A stretch of 32,000 bases of DNA. Origin: Alkalilimnicola ehrlichii MLHE-1 (GTDB lineage Bacteria; Pseudomonadota; Gammaproteobacteria; Nitrococcales; Halorhodospiraceae). Under the pieces are notes generated by a model. That model did no database searches. It had not been told where the DNA came from and saw only the letters and a program-made list of their open reading frames with translations. The position numbers and the translations under genes were made by a program. Where the stretch lies: NCBI RefSeq assembly GCF_000014785.1, contig NC_008340.1, positions 450,001-482,000 on the forward strand, given 5' to 3'. This document shows positions 17,928 to 26,164 of this stretch, piece after piece. The stretch's first letter is position 1. Each line of letters opens with the position of its first letter.

Positions 17928-18148
17928 GAGGGGTGGTGTTGCTGCCGGGGCGGGGCGGTTAATGCCGTCAGGCCTCCGGATTGCGCACCCCTTCGGGGTC
18001 CCCTGCGCTACTCGCAAAAGAGCGGCGGCGCGAACTCGCTTCGCTCGGACAGGCGCGCCTTTTTTCCGCTCTTTTGCTGCGTTGCTCGGTGCGCAAAAGT
18101 CGGCCTGACGGCATTAACCGCCCCGCCCCGGCAGCAACACCACCCCTC
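17928..18148. repeat. nested-hairpin repeat element, copy B (47-nt arms plus 127-nt core)
   Basis: Arms 17928-17974 and 18102-18148 are perfect reverse complements (47/47). The core 17975-18101 is homologous to the reverse complement of 12311-12437. Lies between the ilvD stop and the dehydrogenase start. Confidence 0.8.
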
Positions 18149-18154
18149 CCCCGG

Positions 18155-20008
18155 TCAGTCCAGCAGGTCCAGGTTTCGCACCGCGCCCTTGTCCGCGCTG
18201 GTGGTCAGCTTGGCGTAGGCTTTCAGGGCCGTGCTGACCTTGCGCTGGCGGGGGGCGGCGGGCTTCCAGGCATCGCGGCCCTTGGCCGCCATGGCCTCGC
18301 GGCGGCGGGCCAATTCCTCGTCGCTGATATCGATGCGGATGCTGCGCTTGGGGATGTCGATGCAGATCCGGTCGCCCGGCTCGATCAGGGCGATGTTGCC
18401 GCCCTCGGCCGCCTCCGGGGAGACGTGGCCGATGGACAGCCCCGAGGTGCCGCCGGAGAAGCGGCCGTCGGTGATCAGCGCGCAGTCCTTGCCCAGGCCG
18501 CGGGACTTGAGGTAGCTGGTGGGGTAGAGCATCTCCTGCATGCCCGGCCCGCCCCGCGGCCCCTCGTAGCGGATGATGACCACATTGCCCTTCTTCACCT
18601 GGCCGCCGAGAATCCCCTCCACGGCGGCGTCCTGGCTCTCGAAGATCACCGCCGGCCCTTCGAAGGTGAGGATGGACTCATCCACCCCGGCGGTCTTCAC
18701 GATGCAGCCCCGCTCGGCCAGGTTGCCGTAGAGCACCGCCAGCCCGCCGTCCTTGCTGTAGGCGTGCTCCAGGGTACGGATGCAGCCGCACTCCCGGTCC
18801 AGGTCCAGTTCTTCGAAGCGGGTGGACTGGCTGAAGGCGGTCTGGCTGGGGACGCCGGCCGGACCGGCCTTGAAGAAGTCGTGCACCGCCGGGTCGTCGG
18901 TGCGTTTGACGTCCCAGCGTTCCAGGGCCTCGGCCAGGGTGTCGCTGTGGACCGTGGGCACGGTGGTGTCCAGCAGGTTGGCCCGGTCCAGCTCGCCGAG
19001 GATGCCCATGATGCCGCCGGCCCGGTGCACGTCCTCCATGTGAAAGAGCGGGGTGGCGGGGGCGACCTTGCAGAGGTTGGGCACCTTCCGGGAGAGCTTG
19101 TCGATGTCGACCATGTCGAACTTGACCTCGCCCTCCTGGGCGGCGGCCAGCAGGTGCAGCACCGTGTTGGTGGACCCGCCCATGGCGATGTCCAGGCTCA
19201 TGGCGTTGCGGAAGGCGGACCGGCTGGCGATGTTGCGCGGCAGGCAGCGCTCGTCGTCCTGCTCGTAGTAGCGCCGGGCCAGTTCCACCACCGTGCGCCC
19301 GGCATCGCGGAACAGGCGCTCGCGGTCGGTGTGGGTGGCCAGCAGCGAGCCGTTGCCCGGCAGGCTCAGGCCCAGGGCCTCGGTGAGGCAGTTCATGGAG
19401 TTGGCGGTGAACATGCCGGAGCAGGAGCCGCAGGTGGGGCAGGCGGAGCGCTCGTAGATGGCCACGTCCTCGTCGGAGACCTCCGGGTTGGCCGCGGCCA
19501 CCATGGCATCCACCAGGTCGGTGGCGATCTCCTCGCCGCTGGCCAGCTTCGTCTTGCCCGCCTCCATGGGCCCGCCGGAGACGAACACCACGGGGATGTT
19601 CAGCCGCATGGCGGCCATCAGCATGCCGGGGGTGATCTTGTCGCAGTTGGAGATGCACACCAGCGCGTCGGCGCAGTGGGCATTGACCATGTACTCCACC
19701 GAGTCGGCAATGATGTCCCGGCTGGGCAGGCTGTAGAGCATGCCGTCGTGGCCCATGGCGATGCCGTCGTCCACGGCGATGGTGTCGAACTCCTTGCCCA
19801 CGCCGCCGGCCTTTTCGATCTCTTCGATCACCAGCTGCCCCAGGTCCTTCAGGTGGACGTGGCCGGGGACGAACTGGGTGAAGGAGTTGGCGACGGCGAT
19901 GATGGGCTTGTCGAAGTCGCCATCCTTCATGCCGGTGGCCCGCCAGAGGGCGCGGGCGCCCGCCATGTTGCGACCGGCGGTGGACGTCTTGGAGCGATAC
20001 TGCGGCAT
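18155..20008 (-). CDS. ilvD: dihydroxy-acid dehydratase
   Basis: 617 aa with the IlvD signatures [12 protein letters not shown] and [11 protein letters not shown]. Full-length collinearity with enterobacterial IlvD. Confidence 0.97.
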   Translation of the reverse strand: MPQYRSKTSTAGRNMAGARALWRATGMKDGDFDKPIIAVANSFTQFVPGHVHLKDLGQLVIEEIEKAGGVGKEFDTIAVDDGIAMGHDGMLYSLPSRDIIADSVEYMVNAHCADALVCISNCDKITPGMLMAAMRLNIPVVFVSGGPMEAGKTKLASGEEIATDLVDAMVAAANPEVSDEDVAIYERSACPTCGSCSGMFTANSMNCLTEALGLSLPGNGSLLATHTDRERLFRDAGRTVVELARRYYEQDDERCLPRNIASRSAFRNAMSLDIAMGGSTNTVLHLLAAAQEGEVKFDMVDIDKLSRKVPNLCKVAPATPLFHMEDVHRAGGIMGILGELDRANLLDTTVPTVHSDTLAEALERWDVKRTDDPAVHDFFKAGPAGVPSQTAFSQSTRFEELDLDRECGCIRTLEHAYSKDGGLAVLYGNLAERGCIVKTAGVDESILTFEGPAVIFESQDAAVEGILGGQVKKGNVVIIRYEGPRGGPGMQEMLYPTSYLKSRGLGKDCALITDGRFSGGTSGLSIGHVSPEAAEGGNIALIEPGDRICIDIPKRSIRIDISDEELARRREAMAAKGRDAWKPAAPRQRKVSTALKAYAKLTTSADKGAVRNLDLLD

Positions 20009-20107
20009 GGTTGACCTCTGCGTTCGGGATTTCGCGGTTAGCCGTCCATTATTGGGTTTTGCGGGGCTGAGGGGAACCCCTTACCGCCATCGACCAGTGG
20101 GAAAGCC

Positions 20108-20380
20108 GTCACTGCCAGCAAAGCTGGAGTGGCAGTCCAGGGCCTGTGGATCGCCGCGTCGCTGCGCTCCTCGCGATGACGGGGGTGGCACCCCCACCCG
20201 TCACTGCGAGGAGCGAAGCGACGCGGCAGTCCATGCGGCGCCTGGATCGCCCCGGGCCTGCAGCCCTTGCGATGACGGGGGTGGCACCCCCACCGTCACT
20301 GCGAGGAGCGCAGCGACGCGGCAGTCTACCGCTCTGGATCGCCACGGGCCTTCGGCCCTCGCGATGACGGGGAGGGGGTC
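20108..20380. repeat. REP/BIME-like array 1: alternating palindromic modules, about 3 units
   Basis: Recurring modules are GTCACTGCGAGGAGCG(A/C)AGCGACGCGGCAGTC and GGATCGCC(A/C)CGGGCC(TTC/TGCA)G(G)CCCT(C/T)GCGATGAC, joined by the small hairpin GGGGGTGGCACCCCCACC. It is the same family as 22756-23149 in the opposite orientation. Confidence 0.75.
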
Positions 20381-20431
20381 TTCAGCCCGCACCCGCAGGC
20401 CGCGTGGCGGCATCTCCGGCCGCCAGACGTC

Positions 20432-21001
20432 TTACGGCGCGTCTTCCGGCCGCTGGCGCTCGTGAAGCCAGTAGACCTCCTCGCCGCCGCCCTGGCGGGC
20501 GATGCGGCGGGCGGCGACGAACAGCAGGTCGGAGAGGCGGTTCAGGTAGCTGAGCAGGGGGCCGCTCACCGGGCCGTCGCTGGCGTTCAGGGCCACGACC
20601 AACCGCTCGGCCCGGCGGCAGATGGCGCGGGCCAGGTGGCAGTGGCTGGCGGCCGGGTTGCCGCCGGGGAGGATGAACTCCTTGAGCGGCGGCAGCTCGG
20701 CGTTCAGGTTGTCCAGTAGGGCTTCCAGTGCCTCCACCCGGGCGGTATCCACCGATTGGTAGCCGGGCAGGCTGAGTTCGGCGCCCATGTCGAACAGCCG
20801 GTGCTGGACCGGTGTCAGGGCCTCGCGTACGGGTTCAGGGATGTCCTGTGCCAGGACGATGCCCAGGGCGCTGTTGAGCTCGTCCAGGGTGCCGATGCAC
20901 TCCAGCCGCAGGTCGGCCTTGGAGAGCCGGCGGCCGTCGGCCAGCGACGTCGTGCCCTGGTCGCCGGTGCGGGTGTAGATCTTGCTCAGGCGGTTGCCCA
21001 T
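20432..21001 (-). CDS. ATP:cob(I)alamin adenosyltransferase, PduO type
   Basis: 189 aa. N-terminal YTRTGDQGTTSL motif and the helical-bundle body typical of the PduO/MMAB family (LDELNSALG, FILPGG, CHLARAICRRAER). Confidence 0.9.
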   Translation of the reverse strand: MGNRLSKIYTRTGDQGTTSLADGRRLSKADLRLECIGTLDELNSALGIVLAQDIPEPVREALTPVQHRLFDMGAELSLPGYQSVDTARVEALEALLDNLNAELPPLKEFILPGGNPAASHCHLARAICRRAERLVVALNASDGPVSGPLLSYLNRLSDLLFVAARRIARQGGGEEVYWLHERQRPEDAP

Positions 21002-21077
21002 GTGCGCTCCCGGGTGGGTCGGGGGTGGCCGCGTATTCTACCAAGGGCGACGCCCGGTTGCCCGCTGGAGTAGCCTG

Positions 21078-21770
21078 ATGCGGAACCGGATTTCACCCTG
21101 GACGTTTGCGGATATGGCCCCTTCACCCGTTTGCACACCCCGCTGTCTCCTGTGCCACGCGCCCGGTCCAGCGCATTTCGCCAGCCTGCGCGAGGGCGAA
21201 TACTGGCGCTGTCCGGCCTGCGGGCTGACCTTCCTGCACCCGGACGGGCACCCGGATGCCGCGGCCGAGCGGGCGCAGTACGAGACCCATGAGAACGACC
21301 CGCTCGACCCCGGTTACCGGCGGTTCCTCGGCCGGTTGGCCGAGCCGCTGGTCGCACGGCTCCCGGCGGGGGCCGAGGGGCTGGACTACGGCTGCGGGCC
21401 AGGCCCGGCGTTGGCCATGATGCTGCGTGAGGCGGGTTTTCCCACCGCGGTTTACGATCCCTTCTATGTGCCGGATACGGCGCCGTTGGAACGGCAATGG
21501 GATTTCATCACCTGCACCGAGGTGGTGGAACACTTCCACCACCCGGCGGTGGAGTTCGATCGGCTCCACGGCCTGCTCCGGCCCGGGGGCTGGCTGGGGG
21601 TGATGACGGAACTGCTCACGGACGATGCCCGCTTTGCCGGCTGGCGTTACCGGCGGGATCCGACCCATGTGGCGTTCTATTCGGAGGCGGTGCTTACCTG
21701 GATCGCCCGGCGTTACGGTTACGCACTGCAGCGGCCGGGGCGGAATGTGGCGTTGTTCTGCAAACCGTGA
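21078..21770 (+). CDS. class I SAM-dependent methyltransferase with N-terminal Cys-rich (zinc-ribbon-like) segment
   Basis: Motif I is LDYGCGPG, with post-I acidic D (VYDP) and motif II FITCTEVVEH. N-terminal CLLC...CPAC pairs. I chose the ATG at 21078; an alternative lies at 21114. Substrate unknown. Confidence 0.75.
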   Translation: MRNRISPWTFADMAPSPVCTPRCLLCHAPGPAHFASLREGEYWRCPACGLTFLHPDGHPDAAAERAQYETHENDPLDPGYRRFLGRLAEPLVARLPAGAEGLDYGCGPGPALAMMLREAGFPTAVYDPFYVPDTAPLERQWDFITCTEVVEHFHHPAVEFDRLHGLLRPGGWLGVMTELLTDDARFAGWRYRRDPTHVAFYSEAVLTWIARRYGYALQRPGRNVALFCKP

Positions 21771-21790
21771 TGGCCGGCGGTGCCCGGCGG

Positions 21791-22150
21791 TCAGCGGTTC
21801 TGACGGCGGGTGGCACAGTCCAGGCAGAGCACCACGGCGGGATCGGCCTCCAGGCGGGCGGGGGCGATGGGCTCGCCACACTGGGGGCAGTCCCCGTACT
21901 CGCCGCGCTCGATGCGTTGCAGGGCGGCGTCGATGCGCCTCAGCTCCTGCTCGGCGCGGGCCTGGCTGGCCTTGGCCATGGCCTGGCCCTGGAGGGCGTC
22001 CATGCGGGACAGCCGCCCGGTGCGGGTCTGGTCGAGTTCCACCGTAGCAGCGGATTGCTCGCGCTGGGCCGCGTTGTCCAGCAGTTCGGCCCGGCGCTCC
22101 AGCAGTCGTTGCTTGAGTCGGGGGATGTCTGCTTCTTCAATGTGAGTCAT
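21791..22150 (-). CDS. DksA/TraR-family C4 zinc-finger protein
   Basis: 119 aa. Coiled-coil N-terminal half and C-terminal CPQCGEPI...CLDCA four-cysteine finger. Confidence 0.85.
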   Translation of the reverse strand: MTHIEEADIPRLKQRLLERRAELLDNAAQREQSAATVELDQTRTGRLSRMDALQGQAMAKASQARAEQELRRIDAALQRIERGEYGDCPQCGEPIAPARLEADPAVVLCLDCATRRQNR

Positions 22151-22203
22151 GGGACCAGCATAACCCAGTGTTCGGGCGTCGTGTATTGAGGGAGGTTTCG
22201 GTC

Positions 22204-22737
22204 ATGCGTATCGACCATGTCGAGGTGGAGTGTCAGCAGGGGGATATCGCAACCCAGGTGGGTATGGACGCGGTGGTGAATGCGGCGAACGCGCAGTTGA
22301 TGCCCGGCGGCGGGGTGGCCGGTGCGTTGCACCGGGCCGCCGGTCCGGGGCTGGCGGAGGAGTGTGCGCCGCTGGCGCCGATCAATCCGGGGCAGGCGGT
22401 CATCACCTCCGGGCATGAGCTGCCGAACCCGTTTGTGATCCATACCCTGGGTCCGGTGTATGGGGTGGACGAGCCGGCGGAGGAGCTGCTGGCGGCCTGT
22501 TACCGCAATTCGCTGCAGCGGGCGGAGGAGTCGGAGCTCCGCTCGGTGGCGTTTCCGGCGATCTCCACCGGGGCGTTCGGGTATCCGTTGGAGCCGGCAA
22601 TCCGGGTGGCGGTGGATACGGTGCTGAAGGCGATCCCGTCGCTGGAGCATGTGCGGCATATCCGGTTTGTGCTGCACGATGCGGGGATGCGGGATCAGTT
22701 CGAGCGGATCCTGGAGGAGATGGCGCAGGGGCGTTAG
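22204..22737 (+). CDS. macro-domain protein (O-acetyl-ADP-ribose deacetylase / ADP-ribose-binding, YmdB-like)
   Basis: Macro-domain motifs DAVVNAANAQL, GGGVAGALH and FPAISTGAFGYP. ATG at 22204 with a GGGAGG RBS. The ORF-track start at 22168 is less likely. Confidence 0.85.
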   Translation: MRIDHVEVECQQGDIATQVGMDAVVNAANAQLMPGGGVAGALHRAAGPGLAEECAPLAPINPGQAVITSGHELPNPFVIHTLGPVYGVDEPAEELLAACYRNSLQRAEESELRSVAFPAISTGAFGYPLEPAIRVAVDTVLKAIPSLEHVRHIRFVLHDAGMRDQFERILEEMAQGR

Positions 22738-22755
22738 GCAAGCGCTGGATTGGCC

Positions 22756-23149
22756 GTCATCGCGAGGGCCGAAGGCTTTCCCCGTCATCGCGAGGGCCGA
22801 AGGCTTTCCCCGTCATCGCGAGGGCCGAAGGCCCGTGGCGATCCATGCGGGGTATGGACTGCCACGTCGCTGCGCTCCTCGCAGTGACGGTGGGGGTGCC
22901 ACCCCCCGTCATCGCGAGGGCCGAAGGCCCGTGGCGATCCAGGGCGGTAGACTGCCACGTCGGCTTCGCCTCCTCGCAGTGACGGTGGGGGCGCTACCCC
23001 CGTCATCGCGAGGGCCGCAGGCCCGTGGCGATCCAGGGCGGTAGACTGCCGCGTCGCTTCGCTCCTCGCAGTGACGGGGGGATGGGTTCGCTCCTCGCAT
23101 TGATGGGTGGGGACGGGTTCGCTCACTCGTAGTGAGTGACGGTGGGGGG
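22756..23149. repeat. REP/BIME-like array 2: two 28-bp half-units, three 94-96-bp full units, then degenerate copies
   Basis: GTCATCGCGAGGGCCGAAGGC starts at 22756, 22784, 22812, 22908 and 23002. Full units add CCGTGGCGATCC...GACTGCC(A/G)CGTCG...CTCCTCGCAGTGAC plus a G/C-tract hairpin. Decayed copies run from about 23085 to 23149. Confidence 0.75.
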
Positions 23150-23183
23150 CCTTCCCGCAGTGGTGGTGTGGGGCCGCCCGGGC

Positions 23184-23684
23184 TCAGCGGCGGCGCTCCA
23201 GGGTCTGGTAGGTGAGGGGCCAGTCGTTGGTTTCTTCGCTGGGGGGCTGCTGCTCGGCGACGACCTGCCAGTCCGCGGGGTCGATGTCGGGGAAGAAGGT
23301 GTCGCCGGGCACTTCGGTGTGGACCCGGGTGAGTTCCAGGCGGTCGGCCCGGGGTAGGAAGAGGCGGTAGATCTCCTCGCCGCCAATCACCATCACCTCT
23401 TCCACGTCGCCCGCGGCCGCCAACGCGGCCTCGGGGTCGTGGACCACGGTGCAGCCCTCGGCCTGCCAGTCCCGGCGACGGGTGAGCACGATGTTGTGGC
23501 GGCCCGGCAGGGGGCGGCCGATGGACTCGTAGTTGCGCCGGCCCATGATGAGGGGGCGGCCCTGGGTGCGGGCCTTGAAGCGCTTCAGGTCGGCGGGGAT
23601 GCGCCAGGGCAGGTCGTTGTCGCGGCCGATGACGCCGTTATCGGCCAGGGCGGCGATGAGGGTGATCTCGGGGCGTGGGCTCAT
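23184..23684 (-). CDS. folA: dihydrofolate reductase
   Basis: 166 aa with the FolA motifs IGRDNDLPW, LIMGRRNYESIG and VIGGEEIY. Confidence 0.92.
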   Translation of the reverse strand: MSPRPEITLIAALADNGVIGRDNDLPWRIPADLKRFKARTQGRPLIMGRRNYESIGRPLPGRHNIVLTRRRDWQAEGCTVVHDPEAALAAAGDVEEVMVIGGEEIYRLFLPRADRLELTRVHTEVPGDTFFPDIDPADWQVVAEQQPPSEETNDWPLTYQTLERRR

Positions 23685-23706
23685 ACGCTTGGCGGCTCCA
23701 GTCGGG

Positions 23707-24429
23707 TCAGCCCGGCAGCAGGGCGGGCAGCAGCGGTAGTATCAGAGCGGTCAGTATACCGGCAAGGCCGAGCCCCAGACCGGCGAAGGCGCCGGCCAGG
23801 GCGCTGATGCCGAAGGCCTGGGCGGTGCCGAAGCCGTGGGCGGCCACACCCAGGGCAAAGCCGCGGACGCTCTCGTCGCGCAGGCGCAGCACCCGGAAGA
23901 CCAACGGCGCGGTGATGCAGCCCATGGTGCCGGTGATCAGGACCAGACCGGCGGTGAGCGAGGGCAGGCCGCCGATCCTTTCGGCGATGCCCATGGCTAT
24001 GGGCGAGGTGACCGACTTGGGGGCCAGCGAGAGCAGGGTCTCGCGGCTGGCGCCCAGGGCCAGGGCCACGCCGACGGCGCTGAGCGCAGCGGTGGCGGCG
24101 CCCGCGGTGCCGGCGACCAGCAGCGGTATCAGCAGCTTGCGGATGCGCTCCAGGTGGTCGTAGAGCGGGATGGCCAGCGCCACGGTGGCCGGGCCGAGCA
24201 GGAAGTGGATGTACTGGGCACCGTCGAAGTAGGTCTGGTACTCGATGCCGGTGACCCACAGGAAGCCCATTAGCAGCACAATGGCCGGCAGTACGGGGTG
24301 GGCCAAGGGATGGCGGCCGGCGCGCTCCCAGAGCCAGGTGGCGGCCAGGAAGGCGAGCAGGGTGGCGGTGAGCCCCAGCAGCGGGCTGTCGGACAGAAAG
24401 ACCCAGAAGGCGCCCAGTTCATCCGTCAT
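23707..24429 (-). CDS. lrgB: LrgB/CidB-family membrane protein
   Basis: 240-aa polytopic membrane protein with LrgB-like motifs (LLGPATVALAIPLY, SLAPKSVTSPIAMGIAE). Overlaps the upstream lrgA-like gene by 11 nt. Confidence 0.85.
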   Translation of the reverse strand: MTDELGAFWVFLSDSPLLGLTATLLAFLAATWLWERAGRHPLAHPVLPAIVLLMGFLWVTGIEYQTYFDGAQYIHFLLGPATVALAIPLYDHLERIRKLLIPLLVAGTAGAATAALSAVGVALALGASRETLLSLAPKSVTSPIAMGIAERIGGLPSLTAGLVLITGTMGCITAPLVFRVLRLRDESVRGFALGVAAHGFGTAQAFGISALAGAFAGLGLGLAGILTALILPLLPALLPG

Positions 24430-24769
24430 GGCGACGCCTCCGCTGCAGCACCTGCAGCAGCCAGCCGGTGACCGCGAGGGTGAGCACGGTGCTGACTAGC
24501 AGCGCCACCAGGATGGCCAATCCGTCCTGGCCGATCAGGCGCAGGTGCGCCATCAGCCCCACCCCCGCCGGCACGAAGAGCAGCGCCAGGTAGGCCAGCA
24601 GCCCCTCCCCCGCCAGACGCAGGCCCTTGGGGACCCCGCCGCGGATGACCAGGGCGGCGAACAGCAGCATCATGCCGATCACCGGGCCGGGGATGGGCAG
24701 ATGGAGGACCCGGGAGAGGAACTCCCCGACCAACTGGAAGACCAGCAACAGGGCAAAGCCGTTGAGCAT
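24419..24769 (-). CDS. lrgA: CidA/LrgA-family holin-like protein
   Basis: 116 aa with four hydrophobic helices. The N-terminus LLLVFQLVGEFLSRVLHLPIPGPVIGMMLLF is typical of LrgA. Translationally coupled to lrgB. Confidence 0.8.
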   Translation of the reverse strand: MLNGFALLLVFQLVGEFLSRVLHLPIPGPVIGMMLLFAALVIRGGVPKGLRLAGEGLLAYLALLFVPAGVGLMAHLRLIGQDGLAILVALLVSTVLTLAVTGWLLQVLQRRRRHDG

Positions 24770-24773
24770 GGCC

Positions 24774-25448
24774 TCAGTCCACGGTGGCCGCGTGTTCCCG
24801 CAGCGAGATCACCGGCCAGCCGCGGTCGAGGGCGGTCTCGCGTAGGGCCGGGTCCGGGTCCACGGCGACCGGATGCTCCACTCGCTCCAGCAGGGGCAGG
24901 TCGTTGTGCGAGTCGCTGTAGAACCAGCGGTACTCCGGGGGCGCGGGTTGCCGGGCGAGCCATTCGTCCAGTGCCTTGACCTTGCCGGCCTGGAAGGTGG
25001 GTGTGCCCACGTGGCGGCCGGTGTAGCGCCCGTCCCGCCATTCCGGTTCGGTGGCCAGCAATGCCTCCACGCCCAGCAATTCAGCGATGGGGCCGGTGAC
25101 GAAGCGGTTGGTAGCGGTGATGATCATGAGCTGATGCCCCTGTTTGCGATGCTCGGCGAGCAAGCGCTCACCGGCCGGGAGCACGATGGGCCGGATGTAG
25201 GTCTCCAGGAACTCACGCCGCCAGGCCCAGAGCCTCTCCGGTGGGTTCTGCGCCAGCGGGGCGAGCGTGAACCGCAGGAAGGCGTCGATATCGAGGCGGC
25301 CTTCCTGGTAATCGCGGTAGAATCGCTCGTTGGCCTCGCGGTAGGCTTGCTCATCCACCAGGCCCCTGGCGACCAGAAACTCGCCCCACAGGTAATCACT
25401 GTCCCCGGCGAGCAGGGTGTTGTCCAGATCAAAGATTGCCAGCTTCAT
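24774..25448 (-). CDS. HAD-IB family hydrolase (SerB/YbiV-like phosphatase)
   Basis: HAD motif I is FDLDNTLL, motif II is IITATN, and the motif IV-like segment is [12 protein letters not shown] prefer the ATG at 25448 ([11 protein letters not shown]) over the TTG at 25478. Confidence 0.8.
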   Translation of the reverse strand: MKLAIFDLDNTLLAGDSDYLWGEFLVARGLVDEQAYREANERFYRDYQEGRLDIDAFLRFTLAPLAQNPPERLWAWRREFLETYIRPIVLPAGERLLAEHRKQGHQLMIITATNRFVTGPIAELLGVEALLATEPEWRDGRYTGRHVGTPTFQAGKVKALDEWLARQPAPPEYRWFYSDSHNDLPLLERVEHPVAVDPDPALRETALDRGWPVISLREHAATVD

Positions 25449-25601
25449 GTTGTGCTTTCCGAGTCCCATGAAAACCAACTAATGTTAACAGCCAAGGGCG
25501 GTATGCTGGGCGGGAAGCGGGGAGGCGCCCATCGCGTTTGTTTGGAACGGCTCGACTATGAAAGAATAAGTTAGGGCAACGACTGGCTCGAGGTTTTGTA
25601 A

Positions 25602-26147
25602 GTGGTTGATTCGGATGGTTTCAGGCCCAATGTCGGGATAATTCTGGCGAATGCGGCCGGCCAGGTCTTCTGGGCCCGGCGTATCGGTCAGAATGCCTGG
25701 CAGTTTCCCCAGGGGGGGATCAAGGCCCAGGAGACCCCCGAGGAGGCCCTCTTCCGCGAGCTCGAGGAGGAGGTGGGGCTGGCGCCGGCGGATGTGGAGG
25801 TGATGGGCTGCACCCGGGGCTGGCTGCGCTACCGCCTGCCACGCCGCCTGATCCGCAGCCGAAGCCGCCCCGTCTGCATCGGGCAGAAACAGGTCTGGTT
25901 CCTCCTGCGGCTGGTGGGTGAGGAGGAGCAGGTGCAGCTTGACCGCTCCGAACGCCCGGAATTCGACCACTGGCGCTGGGTGGACTTCTGGCATCCGGTG
26001 CAAGAGGTGGTGTTCTTCAAGCGGCGGGTCTATACCCGGGCCCTGCAGGAGCTCGGCCCGCTGCTCTTTCCGGACGGCCTGCCCCGGCAACCCCCGGTCG
26101 GCCGGCCCCGGCGCTCCGCCCCTCCGCGCGGCTGCCGGCGCGCCTGA
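25602..26147 (+). CDS. rppH: RNA pyrophosphohydrolase
   Basis: N-terminal [10 protein letters not shown] and the Nudix box [23 protein letters not shown]. Classic rppH-ptsP pairing. Confidence 0.92.
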   Translation: MVDSDGFRPNVGIILANAAGQVFWARRIGQNAWQFPQGGIKAQETPEEALFRELEEEVGLAPADVEVMGCTRGWLRYRLPRRLIRSRSRPVCIGQKQVWFLLRLVGEEEQVQLDRSERPEFDHWRWVDFWHPVQEVVFFKRRVYTRALQELGPLLFPDGLPRQPPVGRPRRSAPPRGCRRA

Positions 26148-26164
26148 GATCGGGAGTCATCGGC

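Noticed and set aside
17928-18148. Retron msr/msd or another retroelement-associated ncRNA, given the long flanking inverted repeats around a structured core.
   Set aside because: There is no reverse transcriptase or effector gene anywhere in the window, and the arms are far longer than retron a1/a2 repeats. I kept it only as an unclassified structured element.
21002-21077. Cobalamin riboswitch upstream of the PduO-type adenosyltransferase gene.
   Set aside because: The leader is only 76 bp, shared with a divergent gene. This is too short for the ~200-nt aptamer, and I see no B12-box-like sequence.
22204-22737. DarTG-like toxin-antitoxin or anti-phage module centred on the macro domain.
   Set aside because: There is no DarT-like or other ADP-ribosyltransferase partner. 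The macro protein looks like the housekeeping YmdB type, and the neighbours are a DksA/TraR protein and a repeat array.
20108-23149. Possible CRISPR arrays, given the regularly spaced repeats at 20108-20380 and 22756-23149.
   Set aside because: The repeats are palindromic modules in alternating orientation, and the sequences between them are themselves conserved between units, so there are no unique spacers. Unit lengths (28 and 94-96 bp) do not fit repeat-spacer periodicity. No cas genes or leader are present.
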